A stretch of 64,000 nt of DNA from the human T2T-CHM13v2.0 reference genome, Homo sapiens (GCF_009914755.1 NC_060928.1); one strand, 5' to 3'; shown: positions 44,413-62,862, counted from the stretch's first letter. Numbers and translations: made by a program. Notes: generated by a model from the sequence alone, not told the origin.

Positions 44413-44822
44413 ATGACACATATCTAGATTTTAAAAACATAATTTGATTTTAAAATCTAAGTTTAGTCCATTTACATTTAGTATACTTTATTTGGGCTTT
44501 TGCCCAAATAATATATCTTACCTTTTTATTCCATTGATCTTGGATTTTCTGTGCTGCTTTTCTCTTATCTTGTCTTTTGTGGTGTTTGCATTTTTTCCCT
44601 TATTCTATTTATCTCTAATTGTTTGAATTTATATACTTTTACTTTTCTTGATTAATTTCCCTTGAAATGTTACCATGACTATTTTACTTAACTAAGTCTA
44701 AAGGTAAATGATTTCTTAACCTTTGCCAGAACAATAAAAGGAACCTTTGAATACTTTATTCTCATTATACTTCCTTCCAACATACTATGCAGAACAGTAT
44801 TCTAGCATTATTCTTGTATTAA

Positions 44823-45148
<326 letters not shown>

Positions 45149-45219
45149 AGAATTAGATATTATTATTATACATAAATAATATTTATTTGCATTTACATGT
45201 GTGCTTCCACTGAATATTG

Positions 45220-45393
45220 GTTTTTGTTTGTTCTAGAGATGGGGTCTCACTATGTTACCCAGGCTGGAGTGCAGTGACTATTCACAGGCATGATCTGGTG
45301 CACTGCAGCCTCAAACTCCTGGCCTCCAGTGATCCTCCCAGCTCAGCCTCCTAAGTAGCCGGGACTATAGATACATGCCATCATGCCCCACCT
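45220..45393 (-). mobile_element. FAM-type Alu monomer
   Basis: GCAGTGACTATTCACAGG (antisense FAM diagnostic). Confidence 0.8.
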
Positions 45394-45979
45394 GAATTTG
45401 TTTTAATCCTTTATTTTTTTCTCAGTCCATCTACTAGATCAAACATCCTTTAGATGTTTCTTTTGTTTGCGTCTCTTGATAGCAAATGCAGTTCCTAGTT
45501 ATATATAAATTTTCACTCTGGTTTTGAAAGACAGTTTTACGGATAGGAAATTCAAGGATGACAGTTATTTTCTCTCAACATTTTGGAGACACTAGTCTAC
45601 CATCTTCTGGCCTCCCTGGTTGCTGTGGAGGAGACCGATGTCATTTTCATTTATGTTTTCTTTATCAACGATTTTTAAATCTTCTCTTTGTTCTTGGTAT
45701 TCTGCAGTTGCACTGCTTATATTTAAAGATTAATTTTTTTTTATTTTTCACTTTTGAGATACAACATGGTTTTTGAACTTGTCCTTTTTGAGATACAATG
45801 TGGATTTCTTTTCATTTTTCCTTCTTGAAAAACAATGTGCTTGGCATTCTCCTTGAGTGATTGGATTACCCTTTCCGTGTAAGTGTGAGGCTCAATTCTG
45901 GCCGGTTAGACACTGGCAAGTTTTCAAGCAGTAGGGGCAGCTGGTGAAAATTCAGTAGCTAATAAAAAGAAACAAGCTG

Positions 45980-46274
45980 GGCCAGGAGTGATGGCTGACA
46001 CCTGTAATCCCAGCACTTTGGAAGGCCAATGCGGTCGAATTACATAAGGCCAGAAGTTCAAGACCAGCCTGGCCAACATGGTGAAACCCTGTTTCTACTG
46101 AAAATACAAAAGTTAGCTGGGCATGGTGGTACATGTCTGTAATCCCAGCTACTCAGGAGGCTGAGGTACAAGAAGCACTTGAACCTGGGAGGCGGATGTT
46201 GCAGTAAGCCGAAATCGCTCCACTGCACTCTAGCCTGGACAACAAAGCAAGATTCTGTCTCAGGGAAAAAAAAC
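45980..46274 (+). mobile_element. AluS
   Basis: Full Alu, TSD AAACAAGCTGG. Confidence 0.88.
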
Positions 46275-46407
46275 AAGCTGGATATCTGCTTCTGGCATTA
46301 TGGCTGACCTAGTAGAAGTTTTCTACACAAATGGTCAAGTACTAGAAGGAATATATGGAGACATTAAACTGTAAATTTCTAATGGTGGTAGATTTATGGA
46401 AGAGTAG

Positions 46408-47030
<623 letters not shown>

Positions 47031-48295
47031 TAGAGGAAGATCTATATTTCACTTGTACTGAGTGTACCTCTCATTATCTACTACTAGTTTTATCATCTCT
47101 CCTATGTCCTCAGCCCTTTCTCTGTACCTTAGGAATACGAGACATTTTTTCTTTCATTGCAAACAGTGCAAACTGCTAGCTATCCTGAATACAAATTGGT
47201 TGGGAAGAGCTTGATTAAAAAAAAACCAACATATAGTGCTTCCTTATTTCTTAGATGCATTTTTTTTTATGTTTAAATGCTTTTGAAAAGAGAAACATAT
47301 ATTAAATGTACTGGGTCCTCCTGCCTGCCTCTTGATCCCCCCCAAAAAAGCAATTTTTAAATGGATGATTTATCTTAAAATTGAAGACATTTTAAAAAAT
47401 CTAGAAAACATGGTCTATGTCTTATGTCTGTCATTTGCCAATCCCACTCCCAACCCAGGTAAGCCTAGCATAGTGTGTGCCATGTAGTAGGTGCTCAAAA
47501 TATATTTGTGAATGACTATATGAGTATATGTAGTAAGATGAAATTTAATGAGAACATGCACTGCCTTCTTTCACGTTTATTTTTTCCTTCTTCCACATAT
47601 TCTTGTGACTACCCAGTTAATGAACTGCTTATAGGAAACAGGAGGAAAACTGACTTTACCATGGGAACTAAGTGCAGTAATTTCTTCGCATTATGTATCA
47701 TTTTTATTGTGCTATTTTTAACTTTAAAATGTCTGGATGTCAGACCTTGCTTCTGGGGAAACATTATTGACAAAGGAATTGCCAAGCAAGTTTTAAAATG
47801 TTGAGCAAGTACTTGTCAATAATTAATGTCATGCTAATTATAAATTCAAACTAGATTCTTGAACCTCAAGGTGAGCCATGCTTATGAGAGTTGGGTGACC
47901 TGCTGTGGCCCTAGACATTACAGAAATCATTTAAGTTCTTTCTTCTCTGCAGGGAAGCTTAACTTGTATTTCTGGTGGTAGTGACTAAGGCTGTAGGGCT
48001 GGGCCTTGGATGGAAGGCAAGCAGGAGAACTGAAGGTGCACAGGCTTCGAAATCCAGTGAAGCTGGGTTCAGACCCTGACTTGAACACTTAGTAGCTGTG
48101 TGACTTAGCAAGTTAAATGGTCTCTTTGAGGCCTCAGTTTTCCTATCTGTAAAACTAAGGTAGAAATACAGATGTCAGAGGTTGGTATGAGAATTCAGTG
48201 GGGATAACTTGTTCAATGCCCTTTGTGTAACTCAAAAAAGCAAGTACTCTTTCCTTCCTTATCTCTTTCCTTCAGTCGCTTAAGATGTCAGACAG

Positions 48296-48601
48296 GGCCA
48301 CGTGCAGGGGCTCACGCCTGTAATCCCAACACTTTGGGAGGCCGAAGCAGGTAGATCAGGAGGTCAGGAGATCAAGACCATCCTGGCTAACACGGTGAAA
48401 CCCTATCTCTACTAAAAAAAAAAAATACAAAAAATTAACCAGGTGTGGTAGTGGGTGCCTGTAGTCCCAGCTACTCAGGAGGCTGAGGCAGGAGAATGCT
48501 GTGAACCTGCGAGGCGGAGCTTGCAGCGAGCCAAGATCACGCCACTGCATTCCAGCCTGGGCAACAGTGCGAGACTCTGTCTCAAAAAAAAAAAAAAAAA
48601 A
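48296..48601 (+). mobile_element. AluY
   Basis: ACCATCCTGGCTAACACGGTG; TSD TGTCAGACAG. Confidence 0.9.
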
Positions 48602-48756
48602 GGTGTCAGACAGAAATACTTACTCACACCATAAAATATTTGGGGAGTGCTGAGCTTGAGTATCCTGCCTTCATAAATACACTCTATCATCTACCCCTTC
48701 AACTTAGCAAGAGTCCTGTCATTAGAGCAGAGTTATCCTATCTTCAGGATTTATGA

Positions 48757-49112
<356 letters not shown>

Positions 49113-49299
49113 TACTTAGGATATTTTAGACTTAGCCAAAGATTTAACAGCTGTGAAATCACAAACTTGATGTTCTGATTATACACATATACATATATAA
49201 ATATGCAACTTTTATAATATGTGTTAAAATGAAAAAATATTATTACCTATTTGTGATTCACCTACAATCATGTCATGTACCACACTGGTATGCGTTCAG

Positions 49300-49880
49300 C
49301 ATATCAGTACAGGAGTCCAAAACTACTCTAGGTATTTTAAGTAGAAAGGGATTTAATATAGGGAATTAGGTATTGACAAAACCACTGGAAATGCTGGAGG
49401 ATGAAACTTGGGGCTGGCCCTTCAGGATTGACTCCCCGAACACTGTAGAACTGACCTGCCAAGGGAACTCTGACTTCAGGGAGCACCACTGGCCCTGTTG
49501 AATTCACGAGCATGCTGCTGCAGCTGCAATCCAGGGATGCAGAATCTGCCACTGCTATTGTCACTCCCACAACTGCTCTCCAAATCTATAAAGTCTGTGA
49601 GTGGGCACTGTACATGGAGTCCAGCCTCTGATGATGCATGATTCCCTCTCAACATCCAGGAGGCTGAGGGAAAGACACTGGAATGAATGTTGCTTTAGAG
49701 AAACCCTGTAATTCCATGACCGTGCTTGTCAGCAGAAAACAGGCAGAAAGATAGTCTCTTTTTCATGCCCCCCTTTCAAATCTCATACAATTATGTACAA
49801 GTGATAGAAATGAATTTATATTAGGAAGCTTTGCTGGAAGGAAGTCTGGAAAATACAATTTTTAGCTCTCTAGCCTCTGA
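49300..49880. mobile_element. Old MaLR/ERVL-type LTR remnant
   Basis: CTCTAGGTATTTTAAGTAGAAAGGGATTTAATATAGGGAATT and GGAAGTCTGGAAAATACAATTTTTAGCTCTCTAGCCTCT. Confidence 0.45.
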
Positions 49881-50082
49881 AATATAAGAAGGCACACTGG
49901 AAGGGCACTTGGGTGAAACAGTCTGAGGCGTCCACTACAGACCACAGGGAATATACCTTGTTTCAAGGCACAGGAGCTTGTACATAAAAGCTGGAGAGCA
50001 GGGCTTTCATGCTCCCCTAACCTTACTCTTCTTCTTCTCTGCCTTCCCACACTTCTTTGTCTGGCCAATTATCACTACTTGA

Positions 50083-50449
<367 letters not shown>

Positions 50450-50549
50450 TTGTTTCCTTCTTTTTAACATCATTTATTCATTTTCTCATTGTGTTCAAGG
50501 TCAAAGTGAGAAGGAATCAGCCAGAAGTTCTCTCTTTTAAAAAAAAAGA

Positions 50550-50906
<357 letters not shown>

Positions 50907-51609
50907 TAGTGATTGGAGAGAACTCTATCATCTTCAGTCCATTAGCACAGTGGACATTCTGAATAGCGATCCCATTTAAAATCCTACAGAACACTGAACG
51001 AAACAAAGGACTCAGTCTTGAGAGGTTAGATCTCACCAGTCTTAAGAGACTAGAGGCTTTGGTTATCTAACTATGGGAAAGCTTGCCCCTGATTTCTGCT
51101 CTGGCTCTACTCTGGAATACGGAGATTGGTCCAGTCAACTGGACACGTGGGATTGTCTTGCTAACCATGAATATTGTATTTCAAGCTCTTTGTTAAGTGT
51201 TATAAACTGCCACTTGTTTGAGTGACAAAGAATTAGGACTGATATTTCCATTTAAGTGAAAAATCTGAAGACTGACATTTTGTGCTAAGTGACAAAAATG
51301 GCAGCAAAGTCAACCTAAATGGTCTAATAAAAAGAACAAATGCTAGAGAAGATAATTAATCACTCAATACCAGGCCGAAGACAGGAGTGCAGGGGATATG
51401 ATATACTAGTCAAGTAAACTAGCTCTGCAGTCAGCCTTCTGGGGTTTGGATTCTGGTGACCTTAAGCACAGTACTTCATCTTGCTAAGCCTCATCTTGCT
51501 AAGCCTCAGTCTTCTCATCTGCAAAATGGAGAGGATAACATTACGATCCTCATAGAGTTGTTACTGGAATTACCAGTGCCTGGCATATAGAATGTGTGCA
51601 ATAAATGTT

Positions 51610-54512
51610 GCTGGACTTCCAGCTATGGGAGAGTAAGGAAACTGATAAATCATCTCTCCCGAAAATAATTATAAAACTGGATAAAATTGTCAAGGAGTAT
51701 CATTTTAGGGTTCTGGAAACCAACTAAAAGCAAAGAACAAATTGAAGAGCATATATCCACCCAAAAAATGCTGGGCTTTGGGCAAGAATGAAGGTGTCTC
51801 TGGCATTCTTGCATGTTCATTCCTAAGGATCCCTCTCACCCCCAGCTTGGTCAGCACAGTAATTTTACCAGGGTGGAGCTGGCCTTGAAAGCCAGCAGCA
51901 GACAAAGTGATGACTTGATTTGGAGTGAAGGGCAGGAAATCTATGCCCAGCGGTGAATGAGAAAAGCCTTCAGCTCTCCTAGCCTGAGGCTGCAGTCTCA
52001 GGTGAGGAAGCTCCTGGAAATGAGATAGCCATTGAAAACTCAGATACTAAGCTCTCATCCTCAGATGTCTGGGTGCCTGTACACATGCAGTAGAGACCCA
52101 AGAGAGCCTAAGAGAAAGCAAAGGTGAAGACAGATTTGAAAACTTTTCAAACTTGGAATGCACTCCCCAAACCAAACACAAATCCACAGCAAAGCATGGA
52201 AACCTTGCAGGCTCAAGGTGTTTGAGCATAATCTCTCACCAGTCACTGGCTGATAACTCAGCTACGAGACATAGGGTCATTCTTAGAAAGACAGGTAACA
52301 CAGGAAAATAAGAATTTTTTTAAAACCCAAACTGAGAAGAGACATTTTTTTAAGACCCAAACTGAGAAGAAGGCAGCTACACACTGGAGTGATCCTTTAT
52401 GTAGAAAATCCTAAAGAACCAACAACAAAATGACTAGAATAAAATAAGGGTTTAGCTAGGTTGCGGGAATATAAAAATCAATTGTATTTTACATACTAGC
52501 TATGAGCAATGTGATACTGAAATGAAGAAAACAATTTCATTCACAATGGCATCAAAAAGAATTCACAATGGCATCAAAAAGAAAAAAAACCTAAAAATAA
52601 ATTTAGCAAAAGAAGTATAAGGCTTTTATACTGAAAACTACAAAATATTACTGAAATAATTTTTTAAAGCTCTAAATAAATGGAGGACAGTCCATGTTCA
52701 TGGCCAGGGAGACTCAATATTGTTAAGATGGCAATTCTACCCAAATAAATATATAGATTCAACCTAATCTCTATTAAAACCCCGAAAGGCTTTTCTTGAG
52801 GTGGGGATTGAAATTAACAAGCCTGTCTGCAGATCCAAAAATGTATATGAAAATGCAAAGGACTTAGAATAGCCAAAACAATTTTAAAAAGAAAACAAAG
52901 TTGAAGAACTTGCATTACCTGATTTCACAACTTAACTATAAAATCATATTAATCAAGGCACATAGTAATCAAGATAGACAAATCACTCTGTGGAACATAA
53001 TTAAGAGACCAGAAATAAATCATTACATTTATAGTCAAAAGATATTTGACAAAGATGCCAAGGCAAATGAGTGGACAAAGTATAACCCTTTTAACAAACA
53101 ATGCTAGGACAATTAGATACACATATACAAAAAAATGAATTTAAACCCTTACTTTACTCCATACACAAAAATTAACTCAAAATGCATCACAGACCTAAAT
53201 GTAAGAGCTAAAACATTAACACTTCTTAACAAAAAATAAATAAAAGAAAATCTTTGTAACCTTGGATTAGGCAAAGATTTCTTAGATGACCCATAAAGGA
53301 AAAACTGATAAATTGGACTTCATCAAAATTAAAAACTTTTGTTCTTCAAAAAACACTACGTACAGCTTGGGGTGGTGGCATGTGACAATAGTCAATAGCC
53401 ATGAACCAATATTTTGCCCAAGGTGTCCTTGAACTCTTATCTCAAGCCATCCTACCACCTCTGCCTCCTTAGGCCAGCCTGGGCACAATAGTGAGATCCT
53501 ATCTCTAAAAAACAAAACAAAAACCTACTCAAAAACACTGAGTAGAAATTTAAAGTCACAGAACAGGAGATGGTATTTGTAAATCAAATATTTGATAAGG
53601 ATCTAGTATTCAGAATATATAAAGAACCATTATAATCCATTAATAAGATGAAAAACTCACTAAAAATGGGCAAAAGATTTGAATAGACATTTCACCAAAA
53701 GAAGACACTTGCATGGCTAATAAGCACCATGAAAAGATGCTCAACATCAGTTGTCATCAGGGAAATGCAAATTAAAAGTGCAGTGATACCACCACATACC
53801 CACAGTAAAGGCTCTAGTCAAAAAGACATTGACAACAGCAGATGTGGCAAAGATGTGGAGAAACTGCGACTCTCATACATTGCAAGTGAGAATGTAAAAT
53901 AGTACAATTGCTTTGGAAAACAGTTTGAAAATGTCTTAAAAGGTTAAACATAGAGTTACCATTCAACCCAACATTTCCACTTCTAGGTATTTAACTAAAA
54001 GAAATGAAAACATTTGTCAACATATAGACATACACAAATCTTCACGGTAGTGTTATTCATAGTAGCTAAAACTAGAAGCAACCCAAATACCCATCAACCA
54101 CTGAATGGACAACAAAATGCGATGTATCTGTACAATGGAGTACCATCCAACAATAAAGAGAAATTGACCTCTGATACATGCTAGAACATGAAGGAACCTC
54201 AAAAGTATGCTAAGTAAAAGAAGCTAGACATGAAAGACTAAGTATTGCATGATTCCATGTATGTGAATGTCCAGGAACGTCCAGGATAGGCAAATCTATA
54301 AAGACAAGAAAACATAAGTAGTTGGCTGGGCTGGGAGAGGAAATTGACTGCAAAGGGCAAGAGGGAGCTTTTGTGGGTAATGGAAATGTTTTAGAACCTG
54401 ATTGTGGTGATGGTTGTACAAATGCATAACTCTACTAGAAAGCGTTGAATTGTACACTTACAATGAGCGAATTTTATGGTATGTCAAATGTACCTCAATA
54501 AGCTGTTAAAAA
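51610..54512 (+). mobile_element. Old L1M (L1MB/MC-like): 5'-region piece joined to ORF2 3' half and 3'UTR
   Basis: Degenerate ORF2 (RQITLWNIIKRPEINHYIYSQKIFDKDAK), 3'UTR ending TACCTCAATAAGCTGTTAAAAA. Confidence 0.85.
53364..53523 (+). mobile_element. Alu monomer (FLAM-like) with an internally inverted segment
   Basis: Sense 5' and 3' ends flank antisense TTGCCCAAGGTGTCCTTGAACTC...CCTCTGCCTCC. Confidence 0.65.
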
Positions 54513-54750
54513 GTGTTCCAATTACCTGAGAAGATAATATGTTTGAATAGAAACCCATCAAATGTTTGACAGAGCAGAAAATTCGTCTATTACTTCTCAG
54601 CCTCAAACTACATCCTTACGCGTGGTCAGATTCAGCTACTTAACAATGAGTGTCTGTTAGTTATCAGAATCATCAGAAGGTAGTTTTTAAAGGGTCCATC
54701 CCAAATCTTCATTATTGTAAGAAAAATAATGCTTATGATAAAAAATTCTA

Positions 54751-55090
<340 letters not shown>

Positions 55091-55366
55091 ATATTCATCC
55101 ATTGATTTTGTTTCTCTGCCTGTATACATACTCAGTGGAATCTAAAATGCTTAGGATTATAAACAAGAAAACTGGGACCCAAAGATCACACCATTCTTTA
55201 GAGGCAGAGTCAGGAAGACTGGAATCAAGGTCTTCTAAATAATCATCTATAATGTTCACCATCACACCAAATTGCATCTTTACTTCTTTTTCCTTTGAAG
55301 ACACACAGAACCATATTCTCCTCAGTACTTTGTGGGTATCTCAATATCAGTGAAAAGAAATTACTT

Positions 55367-55630
55367 GGCTGGGCATGGGGGCTCACGCCTGTAATCCCAG
55401 CACTTTGGGAGGCTGAGGTGGGTGAATCACCTGAGGTCAGCCATGCCTGGCTAAAAATACAAAAATTAGCCAGGCATGGTGGCGCACGCATGTAGTTCCA
55501 GCTACTCAGGAAGCTGAAACAGGAGAATTGCTTGAACCCAGGAGGCGCAGTGAAGTTGCAGTGAGCCCATTGCGCTGCTGCACTCCAGCCTGGGCAACAA
55601 AGCAAGATCTGTCTCAAAAAAAAAAAAAAA
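55367..55630 (+). mobile_element. AluS with internal deletion/inverted patch
   Basis: TSD AAATTACTT; left-arm B-box region replaced. Confidence 0.88.
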
Positions 55631-55661
55631 TTACTTACTGAGGAAAATCACAGAATATTAA

Positions 55662-56241
<580 letters not shown>

Positions 56242-56282
56242 TAACAGATATTCATCAAGTCTTTAAAAAGTTCCAGGTATGA

Positions 56283-58045
<1,763 letters not shown>

Positions 58046-58054
58046 AGTATAATA

Positions 58055-58390
58055 CAGCGGTCCCCAGCCTTTTTGGCCCCAGGGACCAGTTTCATGGAAG
58101 ACAATTTTTCCACGGACTGGGGGTGGGAATGGTTTCGGGATGAAACTGTTCCACCTCAGATCATCAGTCATTAGATTCTCATAAGAAGCACACAGCCTAG
58201 ATCCCTCGCATGTGCAGTTCATAATAGGGTTTATGCTCCTATGAGAATCTAATACTGCTGCTGATCTGACAGGAGGCGGAGCTCAGGCAGTAATGTTTGC
58301 TCACCCGCCGCTCACCTCTTGCTGTGCCACCCAGTTCCTAACAGGCCACAGACCTGTACCAGTCCTCAGCCTGGGACTTGAGGACTCCTG
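58055..58390. mobile_element. MER1B (hAT-Charlie MITE)
   Basis: CAGCGGTCCCCA...TGAGGACTCCTG termini, perfect 8-bp TSD GTATAATA. Confidence 0.9.
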
Positions 58391-59709
58391 GTATAATATA
58401 GTACAGTGGTCAAGAGTGCAGACTGTCTGTGGTCAAATTTCAGTTCTCATGACTTAAATAACCATAGGCAAAGAACTTAACCTTTCTGATCTTCATTTCT
58501 AAATGAGAATAATAATAGTAACCTACCTAATAGGTTGTTATGTTGATTAAAAGAGTTAATACACAGAAAACACAAAGAAGTAGTGCCTGGCATCCGTAAG
58601 CAATCAGTAAGTGTTAGCTATGATTATGCTGCTAAAAGCATGCTCACCATTACATGTGAAGAATTTACATAAATGTTGAACCACTCTAATTATTAAGTGC
58701 TTTCTTATATAAACTAATATTTTCATCTGACTTCTACCTGTCTGTCCTGTATTCTTAAATAATCATAAAGATTATTCTCGCCCTCTTTGTATTTTTGAGC
58801 ATTTGGTATCATGTAACTCCCCTCCCCATCCCCCAAACACACACACAAACCCTTTCTCTTCTCCACATCATATACTGTCTTCTCAATTTCTTCAACCACC
58901 TTTGTTCATTATTTTGGCGCTCAGTCTCTGAAAACTCTCTAATATGTCAATGTCTCTTTTGAAGTGTGGTAGTTCGAATTTTCAGTTGAAAAGTATTTAT
59001 TGAGTGTTCATTATATGCCAGGCTGGGCATCATAATCCAGTTATAGTCTGGTCAATTCTGTGAGTGGATTAGATCTTGAATATTATATTAATCTAGCCAA
59101 AGGTTAGCAAATACCTGGTTATCCTTACCACTTCCCTTTCCCATACTCGTGGTAGACATCACTAATCAATCACAGCATTTTTCCCCCTACTGGACTCAGG
59201 ACTCTCCTTCAGGAACCTATGATTAAAATGAAATTGAATCTCTCACTCCTGGTATAAATAAAGATTGCACTAGCTTTATAGTCAAATTATGACACCTGAA
59301 ATATTTGAATCTTTTTCTCAGGTACTGTTCACAAAGCCAGATCTAATTCATTAATGCATCTGTAAATGATTTTTTTTAAAAAATGTTTTTCCTTCTGATC
59401 TCTGTGTATTTATTTTTAAAAGGTTACAATCAAACTATTGTGTTGTTTTCACTTGATATTTTCCAAATTATTTCATACTTTTGCAATCATAGCATCAAGA
59501 AAAAAGTTAATATAAAGATTAACTGTATGGCAATAATTGACAACTGTTACTATAATATAGAGCTTTACACATATTCCTGTTACATTTTTAATAGCTTTAT
59601 TGTGATACCTAAACCCACTTTTTAGTTTTTTAGTATATTCACAGGGTTATGTAATCGTCACCTAAATCCCTGTTAAATTTCATCATTTTATTTTAAACTT
59701 ATTTTTTAA

Positions 59710-59961
<252 letters not shown>

Positions 59962-60708
59962 TAATAAAGTGGCACCAGACAAGGTTAAAACCATTGTCAG
60001 GTGGCTACAGGTTGAGGTAGCTCCATCCAGTACCACTTTTTTTTTTAAGGTAGAATCAATTAAATAAGCTATAAAACCACCTCAACTGTGGTATCAACCA
60101 ATGCCAACCCTGGCAGCATAAGAAATACAATGACAGTGTTCTACCTGTCCATCCAGTTAATAACCCCCAAAGAAAAGAAGATAAGTTCTGGCTGGCATAA
60201 CTTGTTCTAAATGCATCCATCTTATTGTTTCTAAAAGTAAAAAATTATGAGTCCTAACATTTGGCTAATGACTGATATAAACTCTTCTGGCCTGCAGTTT
60301 CAGCAGTATATTCCCAATCACCCCCTACTTCTTCTTCTTCTTCTTTTTTTTTTTTTTAAAAAAGATTAGGCTTAGGTTTGTTCATATCCAGTCTCTGGCA
60401 TCTCTTTGTAAGCAGGGAGTTGTTTCATTCACTGCTCTGATGCTTCCTGGCAAACAGTAGGCCATATATGTATATGAATGTGAATGAATTAATGCCTTCA
60501 ACAAATATTTCTGACAGTGATTTCATGACTGCTTTTATTAGTTATTTTGGCAATCACTTATAACTGCTAACGTCTGCTTGCCGATCAGCCCTTAGCTTAA
60601 ATGTCACTTCCTTCAGGACGCCTTCCTGATCCCCTCCACTAGGTTAGGTGCTCCTGATCTCTGCTCCCTTTCATACAACTCTTATGACTGATAAAAACAG
60701 CACGAGGG

Positions 60709-61070
<362 letters not shown>

Positions 61071-62686
61071 CTAATTCCAAACTTTCCAAGCTCGGCACCC
61101 AGCACACAGTAGGTTCTTAATATTTGTTGAGTGAATGAATAAATGAAGTAAATTGGAAATGTAATTTGTCTTTGTCTAAAGGCAAGAACTCATTCAATAT
61201 AACCTAGTCACTTGTCTTGACCTTCACCTCTTTTTTTCTTTAACAACCTTATTGAGGGAAAATTTACATACCATAAGATTCACCCATTAAGCTCCTCTTA
61301 CTAATTTTTTTCTCTCTCATTTTTGTGTGTGAAGGTCATTTTCTAATGGCAAAAATGGAAAGAAAATAGAAGTAGAATGTTGTGGAATCTTAGATAAAGA
61401 ATGGGCTCTTGGAGCCCAGTTTAGCAGGGTTTACTTCTCAGTTTTACTTTTCAATTGTGACCGTAAGCAAATTAACTTCTCTAGGCCTGGGATTCTGATC
61501 TGTAAAATTGCACTAATATGAGTCTCTTCACGGCTCCTCTAAGGATTAAATGAGAGACACATGCAAAGGATCCCCAAAAACAATAACTCAAAAAATGTTG
61601 ATTCCCTCCCTTCCCTCTGTCATCTGTTAACCTCAACTTCCTAAATAGAAGGTCTATTCTTTTACCATCATCATTATTCTCTTCGGTGCCTATTTTTAAA
61701 AAATACTCAACCTTCTTGCTTCCTTCGCTACCTAAGTATTTCTGCAAGCCCACTTTGTTCTGCAGCTTAGCTTTCCTGGCACAATTCTTATAGATTTTGG
61801 TCCCTTTTAAAATTCATTCTTCAGCAAATGCTTTCTCTCTCCATCTTTTGACTAGAGATCATTAGAGATCACCTGAGATCATTAGAGAACAGTGGTTTCC
61901 TTGGTTGCCATTCCCTTTCTTCTTCATTGGGAGTATTCTGCGGTGAACTCAGACATTTTATTTTTCAAAGCTTCCCATTCTTTTAAAAATGCTTTTCCTT
62001 TTACAGCCTCTCGCTCAAAATCATACCCATCTTTTCCCTGGATCTGTTTTCTCAAGTCTCCAATCGCCTGCCTTCTTTGTGTCTTGTATTACCCTCACAT
62101 CCCCCAGCTTTCTACTGCTCTCCCAGGACCAACCATTTCTTCCGCGGGAGTCACATTACATCAGCATTCCTAATGCAGTATCTGTTATCTACCAGATTCT
62201 GTTTTATTCTAGGTAGTCACTTAAAAACGAACCTCGGTACTGGTCTGACTTAACATGGAGGAGGAATTGTCTAAGGTTAAACGCAAACTGCTGAGAGATT
62301 TGGGGCGGGGGGCACACATTTACATTCATTCGTATTAAATATATACCTGTTGAATTTGTGCTTTTTCTCAAATGCTTCAGAGACTCGAGCTTTAGAGTAA
62401 TTGGGATGGTGAAAGGATGGGTTTCCAGAAACTTCGCCCAAAATTAAAGACTCCATCAAAAGGACTGCTCCATACACTCAAGGAACACCCACCAACAAAT
62501 CCCGTCTCCACAACCACCAGATTATCTCACCGGCGAGTGAGACTGCAAGGTTTGGGGGCCCGGCCGTACCACTCCGCGCTGCGCACGGGGGGTTCGTACC
62601 CATCTGGCCGCGACCGTCCGTTTCCCCCTCGCTTGGTTCTGCCCCTGCTCCCCCTGCACAGGCCTCACAGTGCGTCTGGCCGGCGC

Positions 62687-62693
62687 TTTATAG
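62687..62693 (+). promoter_or_regulatory. UCHL1: TATA-like box (TTTATAG) of UCHL1
   Basis: AT-rich motif in GC-rich context about 30 bp upstream of a pyrimidine-rich initiator region and 78 bp upstream of the ATG. Confidence 0.75.
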
Positions 62694-62764
62694 CTGCAGC
62701 CTGGGCGGCTCCGCTAGCTGTTTTTCGTCTTCCCTAGGCTATTTCTGCCGGGCGCTCCGCGAAG

Positions 62765-62797
62765 ATGCAGCTCAAGCCGATGGAGATCAACCCCGAG
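62765..62797 (+). CDS. UCHL1: Ubiquitin C-terminal hydrolase L1 (PGP9.5), exon 1 coding part (MQLKPMEINPE)
   Basis: Recognised N-terminus; Kozak AAGATGC; donor GAG|GTGAGC. Confidence 0.98.
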
Positions 62798-62862
62798 GTG
62801 AGCGCCAGGTGCACCGCTACCCGGAGAGCGCGAGGCCGAGGGAGGGGGAGCCGAGTCGCTGA

